From NCBI GenBank assembly GCA_943788985.1, contig CALSSJ010000042.1, positions 1-27,968 of the forward strand: DNA of 27,968 nt, in the 5' to 3' direction. The notes under the pieces are model-generated. The model did no database searches, was not told the DNA's origin, and saw only the letters and a list, made by a program, of their open reading frames with translations. Made by a program: the position numbers and the translations under genes. The DNA comes from an uncultured Lentisphaerales bacterium (GTDB lineage Bacteria; Verrucomicrobiota; Lentisphaeria; JABSQK01; UBA12247). Of the stretch, positions 1-8,910 are shown one piece after another. Position 1 is the stretch's first letter. Each line of letters begins with the position of its first letter.

Positions 1-100
1 CGGCCAGCCACCATAGTTGCCAGCCGCATCCAGCTGATATCTCAAAAACTCCGTGGCTTCGAAAAAAGTGTAATCGGGCCTGGCGGAAACCAGCGCAACC

Positions 101-127
101 TGGGACCGGCAGGCGGCTCGCCTGCAT
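101..127. repeat. REP-like short palindrome
   Basis: TGGGACCG-GCAGGCG-GCT-CGCCTGC-AT: 7-bp stem. Closely resembles the element at 11216-11243. Confidence 0.45.
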
Positions 128-364
128 CTGTGCCTCGTGGGCCCGTCTCCCGCAGGTCGGCTCACGGGCTATTCCCTTTTGTGGCTCCCACCTCCTAGCT
201 CTCGCAGAATCGGGCAGGTAGTAAAAGCGGCGAGTTCGGGCACATTTGTAACTGTAGGCAGGGACCTTTTCGTACGGATTGCGGTCTTCTATTCTGCCTG
301 CTTTACCCACAACAACCGGCGTAGCCACAACGGCGAAGCCACAAAGAATTAAGGAAGTACCCCC

Positions 365-772
365 ATGAAGACACTCACCTCACTGAGTCTGATGTTCGCC
401 CTGCTATTCGTCGTATCGTGTAAGAAAGAAACTCCTGCTGCCGACACCGGCACAGCTGCTGAATCGGCTGTAGCCGCTTTGACAGAAGCTGCCGGCGAAG
501 TAACTGACGCTGTTGCTGCTAGCACCGAAACAGCTGAGTATGAAGTTGCCTGTGCTGGCTGCATCTTCAAAATGGCCGGCGCCAAGGGCTGCCAGGCTGC
601 CATCAAGGTCGACGACAAGACTTATTTGATCAAAGGAACACCAGTAGACGCACACGTGGTTGGTCTTTGTGGCGCATCTGCCAAGGCGAACCTGTCTGGT
701 GCCGTAAAGGACGGCGTATTCGTCGCCACCTCCTTCGCACTGCTCCCAGGCGAAGGCGGCCACGGCCACTGA
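365..772 (+). CDS. Lipoprotein with DUF6370-like Cys/His-containing domain
   Basis: AAGGAAG RBS. Signal peptide with lipobox VVSC, Ala/Thr/Glu linker, then EVACAGCIF..GC..AIKVD..Y...G..DAH..GLC...A..SG....G.FVATSF, matching the DUF6370 pattern as recalled. Confidence 0.8.
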   Translation: MKTLTSLSLMFALLFVVSCKKETPAADTGTAAESAVAALTEAAGEVTDAVAASTETAEYEVACAGCIFKMAGAKGCQAAIKVDDKTYLIKGTPVDAHVVGLCGASAKANLSGAVKDGVFVATSFALLPGEGGHGH

Positions 773-811
773 GCTGACCCCAATAACGGCCATCGCTTGA
801 TGGCCACGATC

Positions 812-850
812 TGACTGATCGGTCCGCCCGGACCGGTCAGTCATTTTTTT
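812..850 (+). terminator. Rho-independent terminator
   Basis: TGACTGATCGGTCC-GCCC-GGACCGGTCAGTCA, a 14-bp stem with one G-U pair, followed by T7, 40 bp after the stop at 772. A small hairpin at 788-805 precedes it. Confidence 0.8.
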
Positions 851-1096
851 GTCCACGGGCTTCGACATCCCGAGCGCAGTCCAACATCCTTAACACGATT
901 TCCTTTTTCCTTTTTACGTGATCCATTACGCTGAAGGGAGTGCTCCGGCACCATCCGTCCTCTTTCCCCAAATGGATTGGCTTTGCCGTCCCGGCACGAG
1001 GCTACATGCATCAGACCACAGAGCGTGACTCAATTTGCGAGCTGGCGTTGGCCCAGCTCTCGGTTTGACTGGAGGCCGACTATGCGAACTGGCGCA

Positions 1097-1628
1097 TCAT
1101 CTCCGCGGCTCCTTTTCTGGCGGAAGTTCGTACCAATCAGCCATGCTATGAGTGTGGGCTGCTGCTTCCTGCTTCGAATGCGACAGTGGACACATCCCTA
1201 ATGGGCCGCACACCTGAGTTTGAAGAACGGTGCAGCGGTGAATGACGCGATGTCCGCCTTTGTCAATCAGCGAGAGCTCCGTGACCGAGCAATTTACCAA
1301 GAAGGCTATCGAGAGCTCGAGGGCCGCTCACCAGCTGATAACCCAGCCTGTGGATAGGGCCTGCTCCAGGGTAATTCTGATCGTAAACTCGCTTTATGCC
1401 TTCGTCATCGTTGATCACCGACGGGCGCTCTCCGAAGCCCTCGCTCGTCACATTCTCGAGACTGATGCGCTCTGATGTATTGATCACCAGAGCGATAGAG
1501 GGACCGCGTGAAATCTTGCCGTTTGTCTCAACCCGCAGCTCAATGTCCTTCAGCAACGCCTTGGGCACGAGGGCGATATCCTGAGCCTTCAGCTGTGCCT
1601 GCGGTGAGCTCTCGCTCCCCCTGACCAA
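1097..1628 (-). pseudogene. Possible decayed coding remnant (beta-helix-like fragments)
   Basis: Protein-like stretches in different minus frames (IALVINTSERISLENVTSEG; FLVNCSVTELSLIDKGGHRVIHRCTV), broken by frameshift and stops. No clear start or RBS. Confidence 0.25.
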
Positions 1629-1660
1629 AGTTGCGAATTCCGCAGCTCGCGACCCCGTAA

Positions 1661-1993
1661 ATCTCGACTGGCGACGGCTACTTCTTCAACGGCGAATATC
1701 TGCCGCCCACCACCGGCCTAGATGCTGGCCGCGACTCCTAGGTCCACAGCGCGCTCCCGCAGCAGCTCAGCACCCACGACATCCTGGCCGACGGCGGCAT
1801 CACCCTCCAGACCGGCAGCAACCTTTTTAGCCCACCGGAAGACATTGCTCTGCCCGTCGCGGCACCTCTCAGCATCATCTGGGCCTGGGATGTCCCCGTG
1901 CAGGCCTGCTATCCAGAAGCCACCCAGCTCTCCGCGGGCCAGAGCTACTAGCTATACCTGGAGGGCGATCAGGCTCGCGTGCTGACCGACTAG
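1661..1993 (+). pseudogene. Remnant of a two-repeat 'GWNL...W.WD...Y...L.AG.GYW'-type C-terminal domain of a secreted protein
   Basis: One frame reads GDGYFFNGEYLPPTTGLDAGRDS*VHS...ITLQTGSNLFSPP...IIWAWDVPVQACYPEATQLSAGQSY*LYLEGDQARVLTD*. Internal TAGs at 1739 and 1949, terminal TAG at 1991, no start codon. Confidence 0.6.
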
Positions 1994-2084
1994 GTCCCTC
2001 GCTTGGCCAAGAAAACGCATCTTGATCCTAACGCCCTGCCTTCCGATCCTCGCTAGGAACGGAGGCCTCTGGGGGGGATGATTC

Positions 2085-2131
2085 ATCGGACTGATCGGTC
2101 TTGATCAGACTGATCGGACGAACTATCGGAC
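2085..2131. repeat. Degenerate tandem ~9-mer repeat (ATCGGACTG-like, 5 units)
   Basis: ATCGGACTG ATCGGTCTTG ATCAGACTG ATCGGACGAACT ATCGGAC. The same unit occurs at 809-826. Confidence 0.65.
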
Positions 2132-2167
2132 AATCTCTTCCTTCGTCCCGAGCCACAGCACTCCCCG

Positions 2168-3046
2168 CTACCGCCCGCGGAAGCGGCGCCGGTATCCTGA
2201 CGGGGCTATGCCGTTCTGCTTCTTGAAGAAGCGGCTAAAGTAAAAGGCATCCGAGAATCGCAACTGATGGGCAATCTCTTTGACCGTCAACTCCGTGCCA
2301 ATGACCAGCTCAGCGGCAGCCTGATTGAGCCGACGGTTTAGATAGGCTTTGGGCGTAAAGCCGGTGCTCGCTGAAAATGCCATCGAAAACGCATGCGCAG
2401 CCGTCCCGTAAGCTCGCGCCATATCTGTAATGCGCAGGTCCGCCCCCAGGCTCTCCTCTACCAGCTTGAAGACCGGCTCGAACTGCGCGTGAGTCCTCAG
2501 GTGTTGCTCGATGATCGTGAACAACGGCGGCAGAATCGTAGCCAGCCAGGTCTGGATCTGACCATGCACCAGCAACATGTGGTTGTCCTCTGCGTCCCGT
2601 TCAGACTGCAGCCATGCCAGCCAGTCGGACTTGTCGCTCGGACCGATGCAAACCGGGGCCCGCTCCACCCAATCCAGAAGCGGATCGACCCCGGGCAGCC
2701 ACTCGCAACGAAAGGTCAGATAAAGCACCTCACCCGGCTCCTCGCAGCGACGCCCCACTGGCGTGTTTCCTGGCAAAAAATATGCATGCCCGGGTGCCAG
2801 TTCAAGAGCTCGATCGCCATGGTCCACCCAGCGACTGCCCGCGAACGGGATCTCGATGTGGTGCAGAAAGTCACACTGCCGCCGGCCATCGGATCCCCAC
2901 TCCGGCCCAACTTGGGCGTGATACATGCCCCCCAAGTGAATGCGAAATCGGTCTACGACGGCGAGTGAGCGACGCGGCGCATCGTCCTCGAATAGGCTCC
3001 TCGCATCCTGATGCGCTTGTGGGTCGGTCGTGTCAACCATTTTCAT
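2168..3046 (-). CDS. AraC-family transcriptional regulator
   Basis: Cupin-like N-domain (L.PGHAYFLPGN) and C-terminal HTH signature VKEIAHQLRFSDAFYFSRFFKKQNGIAPSGYR. The track ORF is over-extended into the divergent gene, so the start is placed at ATG 3046 (alternatives 3040 or 3097). Confidence 0.9.
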   Translation of the reverse strand: MKMVDTTDPQAHQDARSLFEDDAPRRSLAVVDRFRIHLGGMYHAQVGPEWGSDGRRQCDFLHHIEIPFAGSRWVDHGDRALELAPGHAYFLPGNTPVGRRCEEPGEVLYLTFRCEWLPGVDPLLDWVERAPVCIGPSDKSDWLAWLQSERDAEDNHMLLVHGQIQTWLATILPPLFTIIEQHLRTHAQFEPVFKLVEESLGADLRITDMARAYGTAAHAFSMAFSASTGFTPKAYLNRRLNQAAAELVIGTELTVKEIAHQLRFSDAFYFSRFFKKQNGIAPSGYRRRFRGR

Positions 3047-3090
3047 GGACAGCTCCAATTCTGACGGAAAAGACGTATTTTTCGAAAAAA

Positions 3091-3148
3091 TGTACATGGA
3101 TTTCGCCACTTTATCCAGCGTTCTTTCTTCACGGCTTGAGAGTATGAT
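3091..3148 (+). promoter_or_regulatory. Candidate AraC-activated promoter of the glycoside hydrolase
   Basis: TATGAT -10 at 3143-3148 with a poor -35. Weak direct repeats TGTACA (3091) and TATCCA (3112) are spaced 21 bp apart, as in AraC-type half-sites. Confidence 0.3.
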
Positions 3149-3187
3149 ACGAGCCTCACAGCAGAGCTTACCAACGGAGGGCCAAAA

Positions 3188-6100
3188 TTGAAAAAAGAAT
3201 CCAGTACACCTATTCCCGGCTATCCCGATCGCTCCTCCGATCTGGATGCGCACCCAGGCTTCAAAAATCCACCGCCCGGATACGGCGAAGTCCCCTTCTG
3301 GTGGTGGAGCGGTGACGATCTGGATCCAGATCGCCTGCTGTGGCAAATTCGCGAGTTGCATAAAAAGGGCATCAGCGGAGTGCAAGTGAACTACTCACAT
3401 GCCGATACGCCTGGCTGGCTGACCGACTGCGGATCGCCCGGGTTGTTTACCGATGACTGGTGGCAAATCTACACGCAGGTCTCGGAAGAGTGCGGCGAGT
3501 TGGGTATGGGGATTGGCCTGAGTACCTACACGGTGGATTGGCCTAACGGCGCCGAGAACCTGTTCTATGAGCGCTTCTATAAGCACGAAGAGCTGCATGC
3601 GCTCCGCCTGGTTGTGGGGGAACGACAACGGCTCCATGGCGGCGAGTCCGTGACCATCGAGCCTGTCGACGAGCAGTTTGCCGCCCGCGCCTACGAGATC
3701 CACGATGGCTTGGTCTGTCGGGGCGGCGTGGCGCTGGACGTAGCAGAGGACGGTAGCGCCAGCTGGACTGCGCCGAATGGTGAATGGGAGATCTGGCGCT
3801 TTGGCTGCGCTCGCACAGAGGGCTCGTTGAACGCGCTCATGCCGGATGCCGGCGAAACCGTGATCCGAGGCTTCTACCAGCAGTTCGAGGACCATTCGCC
3901 GGGCGGCACCGGCAAAGGGCTGAACTACTTTTTTAATGACGAACTGCATATCGGGGAAGGAAAGTTTGCCTGGCACCACGACTTCGCTGCGGAGTTCGCA
4001 CGTCGCAAGGGCTATGACCTGCTGGACGTCCTCCCGGCACTGTGGACAGACATGGGGCCCGTCACCCCGAAGGTTCGGATGGACTACGCTGACGTGCGTA
4101 TGAGCCTGATGGAAGAGCGCTACTTCAAGCCGATCTTCGATTGGCACACGTCCCGCGGTATCATCTACGGCTGCGACAACAATGGCCGCGGCTTGGAGCC
4201 GGCAGCCTACGGGGACTATTTCCGCGCCACACGGTGGTATTCCGCTCCTGGACACGATACGCCGGGCGGCCTGGCAAACCTGATCAAAGGCAAGGTATCC
4301 TCCTCCATTGCGTCTCTCTATGAGCTGCCACGCGTCCAACTGGAAGGCTACCACAGCCTAGGGTGGGGCGCCACCACCGAGCGCATCATGGAAGCCACCT
4401 GTGAGAACTACTTGTACGGCTGCAACATGCTCAGCCTGCACGGTTGCTACTACACGACCCGCGGCTCGCATTGGGAGTGGGCGCCTCCGTGCTTTCATTT
4501 CCGGATGCCGTACTGGGAGCATATGGGCGTCTTCCTCAAGTACTTCGAAAGGCTCTCGTACTTGATGAGCCAAGGCCATCATGCCTGCGACGTCGCGGTG
4601 ATGTACCCGGTCGCTCCGTATGAGGCAGAAATGGACGGCCAGATGGCCACGGACACCGCCTTTGAGATCGGCCGTCAACTGGTGGCTGCCGGGATCGATT
4701 TCACATTCATCGACCACCAGTCCCTGGCTGGCGCAGCAGTGCGGGACGACACGCTGACCGTGAAAAACGGTGCTGCATCGTACCGCGTCATCATCTTCCC
4801 GAACATGCAGGCGGCGCGCTGGCACAGTGTCGCAAAGGCAGCTGAGTTCGCCGAGGCTGGCGGTCAGGTGCTGGCGGTCGGCGCTCTGCCCGAGGCATCC
4901 GATCGGGTAGGAGCGAACGACACCGAACTTGAGACCCTGCTGGGACGGGCATTCCTACCAGGCCAGCGCTTGGCGTCAGCGGAACAAGCTGTCGAGCTCG
5001 TGCGCAATGCGTTCGTCCAAGATGTCCGTGGTTTGAACGGGCCGGTTCGGGCCACTCATCGGCGCATAGGCTTTCGCGATGTTTACCTAGTGATGGGGGC
5101 AAATCCCGGCGATGTGGTCGAGTTCCGAGCCCGCGGAAAGGTCGAGCTGTGGGATCCATGGACCGGCGAGTCGCAGCCACTTCCGATCGTTGCGGAGTCC
5201 GCAACCGGCACGCAAGTGGCCCTCCCGCTCGAGTCGTCCCAGGCTCAAGTCGTGGTCTTCACGCCGGGTGAACCGACCAAGCTACCGCGACCAACGCCAG
5301 CCCAGACGGTGTCCCGGGCACTCACGGGCAGCTGGCAGGTTCGCTTTGAACCGACCATGAACAACCGCTTCGGGGACTTCCGGCTGCCGATCACGGCAGC
5401 GAACGAAACGATTGGCCTGGAAGCCAGGCGCTTTCGCTGGCAGCAAGAATCTGCAGAGTCCGCAAAAACCGCCATGTTGCCCGAGACCGATGACACAGCG
5501 TGGCGCACACAGCGCCATGGGCATGGCCTGCAGTTCTATCGCCTGGGACCAATCCCGGAGACAAATGACGTGGCAGAGCTAGATGCCCGGCTGGCAACTC
5601 TTGAGAGCATCGAGCCAACGCTACCAGTCACCATAAATGGCCAGCCCCACCACTGGCAACCTTACGACTTTTCTTGGCGAGAAGGCCGCGAAGATGATGC
5701 AGGCCACCAGGGCTTCCATGGCTTGAAGGGTACGATCAGCGAGAACTTCATCCGACTCGGAAAGTTGGCGGGGCAGCGAGCCCATGCAGTGGTCCTAGAG
5801 GCGGACACGCATAATCGCAACTACCTGTGGTCCAGCGTGCAGCTGGCGGAGGCGGCAGAGGTGACGCTGCACATCAGCGAACCTGCGCCAGCAGTCACAA
5901 ACGGGTCGCCGGTCAATGCGCCAGCTGCAGTCTTTATCGACGGGCAACAGGTGGCGGACCTGAACGCGACGCTCTCGCTGTCGGCGGGGAGCCATTCCGT
6001 TCTGCTCCGATACGAGGATTGTGGCGAGAGCCATGTGGTCTTACGCCGCGCCGGGGCACCGACGCCGGAGCAGCTGCCGGAGTTGGCCATGCCGTGGTAT

Positions 6101-6754
6101 GCAGACCCGGCCGTGATCCGCTACGCGCCTCTGGCCGACACCGCGGAGTGGTTTCGGTTTCTATCCGCGCCCGGAACGACGGCGATTCAGCTGCAGACGC
6201 AGAGCCGCGAGCCGGCTCAAGCCTGGTGCAACGGCCAGCCGATGCGGGATTGTGGGGATGGCAAGTTTGAGGTCGAGAGCCCCGCTGCCGAAGCGGCGCT
6301 CATTGCGCTCCGGCTGCTGCCCGAGACCGGCTGCCTCGGCGGTGCCGCGATTCCCGAGCCCATCCTGGTGAAAACTAACGGCGAGGGCACGATGCCGCTC
6401 GGCGATTGGTCCGAGCTAGGCATTCTCAATAACTACTCGGGTGGTGTCTGCTACCAGACCAACATTTCGCTCACAGAGGCGGAAGCCTCCGGTTCGGTTC
6501 AGCTAGATCTGGGGCGCGTGGTGGCAACTGCCGAGGTGCTCGTGAACGGCGAGCTAGCAGGTATTCGTGTCGCGCCACCCTGGAAATTGGACCTCAGCGG
6601 CTTGCTGCAAGCAGGCCAGAACACGCTCACCGTGCGCGTGTTCAACACGCTGTCCAATCATTACCAAACGAGTCCCTCCCGCTACCGTGGCGACCCGGTA
6701 TCGGGCCTCATCGGCCCGGTCAGCCTAATCCTGGAAACTGACGCGACCTGCTAG
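3188..6754 (+). CDS. Large glycoside hydrolase, GH106 (alpha-L-rhamnosidase-like) family
   Basis: TTG start after GGAGG. N-terminal PFWWW..D.L..Q..E...KGI.G, FFNDE, EGYHSLGW, N..SLHG.YY.T..HWEWAPP. C-terminal beta-sandwich LDLG.V...AEV.VNG...G...PP...D...L..G.N.L.V.V.NTL.N. Confidence 0.8.
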   Translation: MKKESSTPIPGYPDRSSDLDAHPGFKNPPPGYGEVPFWWWSGDDLDPDRLLWQIRELHKKGISGVQVNYSHADTPGWLTDCGSPGLFTDDWWQIYTQVSEECGELGMGIGLSTYTVDWPNGAENLFYERFYKHEELHALRLVVGERQRLHGGESVTIEPVDEQFAARAYEIHDGLVCRGGVALDVAEDGSASWTAPNGEWEIWRFGCARTEGSLNALMPDAGETVIRGFYQQFEDHSPGGTGKGLNYFFNDELHIGEGKFAWHHDFAAEFARRKGYDLLDVLPALWTDMGPVTPKVRMDYADVRMSLMEERYFKPIFDWHTSRGIIYGCDNNGRGLEPAAYGDYFRATRWYSAPGHDTPGGLANLIKGKVSSSIASLYELPRVQLEGYHSLGWGATTERIMEATCENYLYGCNMLSLHGCYYTTRGSHWEWAPPCFHFRMPYWEHMGVFLKYFERLSYLMSQGHHACDVAVMYPVAPYEAEMDGQMATDTAFEIGRQLVAAGIDFTFIDHQSLAGAAVRDDTLTVKNGAASYRVIIFPNMQAARWHSVAKAAEFAEAGGQVLAVGALPEASDRVGANDTELETLLGRAFLPGQRLASAEQAVELVRNAFVQDVRGLNGPVRATHRRIGFRDVYLVMGANPGDVVEFRARGKVELWDPWTGESQPLPIVAESATGTQVALPLESSQAQVVVFTPGEPTKLPRPTPAQTVSRALTGSWQVRFEPTMNNRFGDFRLPITAANETIGLEARRFRWQQESAESAKTAMLPETDDTAWRTQRHGHGLQFYRLGPIPETNDVAELDARLATLESIEPTLPVTINGQPHHWQPYDFSWREGREDDAGHQGFHGLKGTISENFIRLGKLAGQRAHAVVLEADTHNRNYLWSSVQLAEAAEVTLHISEPAPAVTNGSPVNAPAAVFIDGQQVADLNATLSLSAGSHSVLLRYEDCGESHVVLRRAGAPTPEQLPELAMPWYADPAVIRYAPLADTAEWFRFLSAPGTTAIQLQTQSREPAQAWCNGQPMRDCGDGKFEVESPAAEAALIALRLLPETGCLGGAAIPEPILVKTNGEGTMPLGDWSELGILNNYSGGVCYQTNISLTEAEASGSVQLDLGRVVATAEVLVNGELAGIRVAPPWKLDLSGLLQAGQNTLTVRVFNTLSNHYQTSPSRYRGDPVSGLIGPVSLILETDATC

Positions 6755-6761
6755 CCTGGCG

Positions 6762-6789
6762 GCCTCGCAGCGTGAGCGCGCTGCGAGGC
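6762..6789. other. GC-rich hairpin after the GH106 stop
   Basis: GCCTCGCAGCG-TGAGCG-CGCTGCGAGGC, a perfect 11-bp stem with no U-tract. Confidence 0.55.
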
Positions 6790-6862
6790 ATCAAAAACCA
6801 GAGGGCTGCATCGCGCGCGGTGATATTGTAGGCGCTTTTGGCCACCACGTCTGGGGCACACC

Positions 6863-8125
6863 ATGAACACCACTGCACTGCGCCTGTACGGCGAGGATGA
6901 TCTGCGCCTGGAGAGTTTTTCACTTCCAGAGCCGGGCGATGACGAGATCCTGGCCGAAGTGGTCAGCGATTCGCTCTGCATGTCCTCCTATAAGGCGGCC
7001 AAGCAAGGCGTGAAACATGCGCGCGTGCCCGAGAATGTCGCCACAGCTCCGGTGATGGTCGGGCATGAGTTTTCCGTGAAGTTGCTCAAGGTCGGCAGCA
7101 AGTGGGCCCATCGCTATCAAGAAGGCGCACCGTATGGCATTCAACCCGCCCTGCTCCACCGCGGCACGCTGGATGCACCAGGCTATTCCTTTCCCTACAT
7201 CGGCGGCGACGCCACCTACGTCCTCATCCCCTCCTGCGTCATGGAGATGGGCTGCCTGCTGGACTACACGGGAGCAGGCTACTTCCGGGCTTCGCTAGCC
7301 GAGCCGCTATCCTGTGTCATTGGCGCCGCCCGGGCCAGTTACCATGTCCCCGTCGGGTCACACGAGCATCAGCCAGGGATTGTCGAAGGCGGCCGCGCCG
7401 CAATTCTCGCGGGTGCCGGGCCCATGGGCTTAGCGATGATCAGCCTGCTAATCTATGGCCCACGCCGCCCCAGCGTCCTGCTGGTGACCGATATCGACCA
7501 AGCACGACTGGATCGCGCTGCCACCGTGCTCCCGGTCCAGGCAGCCGCGGACAATGGCGTGCAGCTGATCTACCAGAACACCGCATCCGAAGCAGCCGCG
7601 CAAACCGTGCGCCAAGAAAGTGCTGGCACGTTCGATGATGTCTTTGTCTTTGCCGCAATCGAGTCGCTGATCGAACAGGCCGATAGCCTACTCGCCAGAG
7701 GTGGCTGCCTTAACTTTTTCGCTGGCCCCACAGACACCGACTTTTCCGCGCCGCTGAACCTCTACAACGTCCACTACCGCGGTACCCATATCGTGGGAAC
7801 CAGCGGTGGCAACACCGAAGACATGCGCCTCGCCCTCGAGTGGATTAGCGACGGCACGATTGATCCAGCCATTCTGGTCACCCATGTCGGCGGCCTCACC
7901 GCCGCCCGCGACGCGACTATGAAATTACCCACTCTCCCCGGTGGCAAGAAGCTCCTTTACACGCATTTTGACATGCCACTGGTGGCAATCGAAGACTTTG
8001 CCAAGCGTGGAGAACAAGCCCCCTTTTACGCCGTCTTAGCCGAGATTTGTGATCGCCATCGGGGCCTCTGGAGTCTTGAAGCGGAACACTATGTACTGGC
8101 CCACGGCCCCAGATTGAAACCTTGA
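6863..8125 (+). CDS. sorE: L-sorbose 1-phosphate reductase-like zinc-type (MDR) dehydrogenase
   Basis: Follows enterobacterial SorE along its length: TTALRLYG..DLRLE.F.LPE, DSLC.SS, GHEF, PGYSFP..GG.AT, EPLSCVIGA, GPMGL, GCLNFFAGP, VGTSGGNT.DM, GGKKL.YT. Confidence 0.8.
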   Translation: MNTTALRLYGEDDLRLESFSLPEPGDDEILAEVVSDSLCMSSYKAAKQGVKHARVPENVATAPVMVGHEFSVKLLKVGSKWAHRYQEGAPYGIQPALLHRGTLDAPGYSFPYIGGDATYVLIPSCVMEMGCLLDYTGAGYFRASLAEPLSCVIGAARASYHVPVGSHEHQPGIVEGGRAAILAGAGPMGLAMISLLIYGPRRPSVLLVTDIDQARLDRAATVLPVQAAADNGVQLIYQNTASEAAAQTVRQESAGTFDDVFVFAAIESLIEQADSLLARGGCLNFFAGPTDTDFSAPLNLYNVHYRGTHIVGTSGGNTEDMRLALEWISDGTIDPAILVTHVGGLTAARDATMKLPTLPGGKKLLYTHFDMPLVAIEDFAKRGEQAPFYAVLAEICDRHRGLWSLEAEHYVLAHGPRLKP

Positions 8126-8628
8126 GCAAGGACATCGCGATGCAAGTCGAGCAAAAGATACGCTCTCTGGACGAGGCAGCTGCCTGGCGCGAGACCCTAC
8201 GCGGGCAAGGCCGCAAGCTAGTCGTCACAAACGGCTGCTTCGACCTGCTGCACCCGGGCCATGTCCGCTATCTCACCGCCGCCCGTGCCGAAGGCGACGC
8301 CCTATTGGTCGCGGTAAACAGCGACGTCTCGGTGCGAGCGGTAAAGGGCCCATCCCGACCTGTCATCGCCGAACATGACCGGGCATTCATGCTCGCCGCT
8401 TTAGCAGCCGTCGACGCGGTGGTCATATTCGACAGCCATAACGCCATCCCCGTCTTCCATAAGATCCCGCCAGACGTGTACGTGAAGGGCGGCGATTATA
8501 CCGAAGAAACACTGAATCGAGATGAGTACCCCATCTTGAAAGCGACAGGCTGTAGGTTTAGCTTTATTCAGTTCGTAGATGGATACTCCACAACTACCTT
8601 GATCGACCAACTCTCAGGAGGCGCCTGA
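8122..8628 (+). CDS. Stand-alone HldE/RfaE domain II (heptose-1-phosphate adenylyltransferase-like) nucleotidyltransferase
   Basis: TNGCFDLLHPGH (HxGH), VNSD.SV...KG..RP, YVKGGDY, G.STT. The TTG start overlaps the upstream TGA; ATG 8140 is an alternative. Confidence 0.88.
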   Translation: MSKDIAMQVEQKIRSLDEAAAWRETLRGQGRKLVVTNGCFDLLHPGHVRYLTAARAEGDALLVAVNSDVSVRAVKGPSRPVIAEHDRAFMLAALAAVDAVVIFDSHNAIPVFHKIPPDVYVKGGDYTEETLNRDEYPILKATGCRFSFIQFVDGYSTTTLIDQLSGGA

Positions 8629-8910
8629 ATGGCTTACATCGTTGCAGAACCATGCGTGAAATGCAAATACACAGACTGCGTGGAAGTCTGTCCCGTAGAC
8701 TGTTTCTACGAAGACGAATTCATGCTCGTCATTGATCCGGAAGAATGTATCGACTGCGGTGCCTGCGTGCCCGAGTGTCCGGTGGACGCGATTTTTGAGA
8801 TTGATGACCTGCCCGAGAAATGGGAAAGCTACATTCAGATAAACGCCGACAAGGCCAAAGAAATGCCAGTGATTACCGAACAGAAAGAGGCGCTTGCGGA
8901 CTATCCATGA
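8629..8910 (+). CDS. fdxA: 7Fe ([3Fe-4S][4Fe-4S]) ferredoxin
   Basis: [18 protein letters not shown] and [12 protein letters not shown] motifs of the Azotobacter FdI type. GGAGG RBS. Confidence 0.93.
   Translation: MAYIVAEPCVKCKYTDCVEVCPVDCFYEDEFMLVIDPEECIDCGACVPECPVDAIFEIDDLPEKWESYIQINADKAKEMPVITEQKEALADYP

Noticed and set aside
1..165. Possible minus-strand gene start running off the left edge (GTG 165 or ATG 29)
   Set aside because: Too short to recognise, the frames compete, and the longer one crosses a REP-like hairpin.
914..933. Partial similarity to the 17050 palindrome arm (ACGTGATCC)
   Set aside because: Only a 9-bp exact match with no partner arm, compatible with chance.
1739..1951. 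Amber recoding or pyrrolysine readthrough
   Set aside because: TAG is a normal terminal stop for several intact genes here (e.g. 6752, 16824, 25732). The fragment has no start and shows other decay.
2085..2131. CRISPR-like array
   Set aside because: The units are ~9 bp with no spacers, and there are no cas genes.
3047..3385. N-terminal extension of the 405-aa AraC ORF
   Set aside because: It overlaps the divergent GH106 start and promoter and is not AraC-like.
3395..4825. Long antisense ORFs inside the GH106 gene
   Set aside because: Shadow frames typical of GC-rich coding DNA, with no motifs.
8820..8906. Upstream extension of the USP ORF
   Set aside because: It lies inside the ferredoxin gene. 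ATG 8907 with an ATGA overlap fits the domain start.
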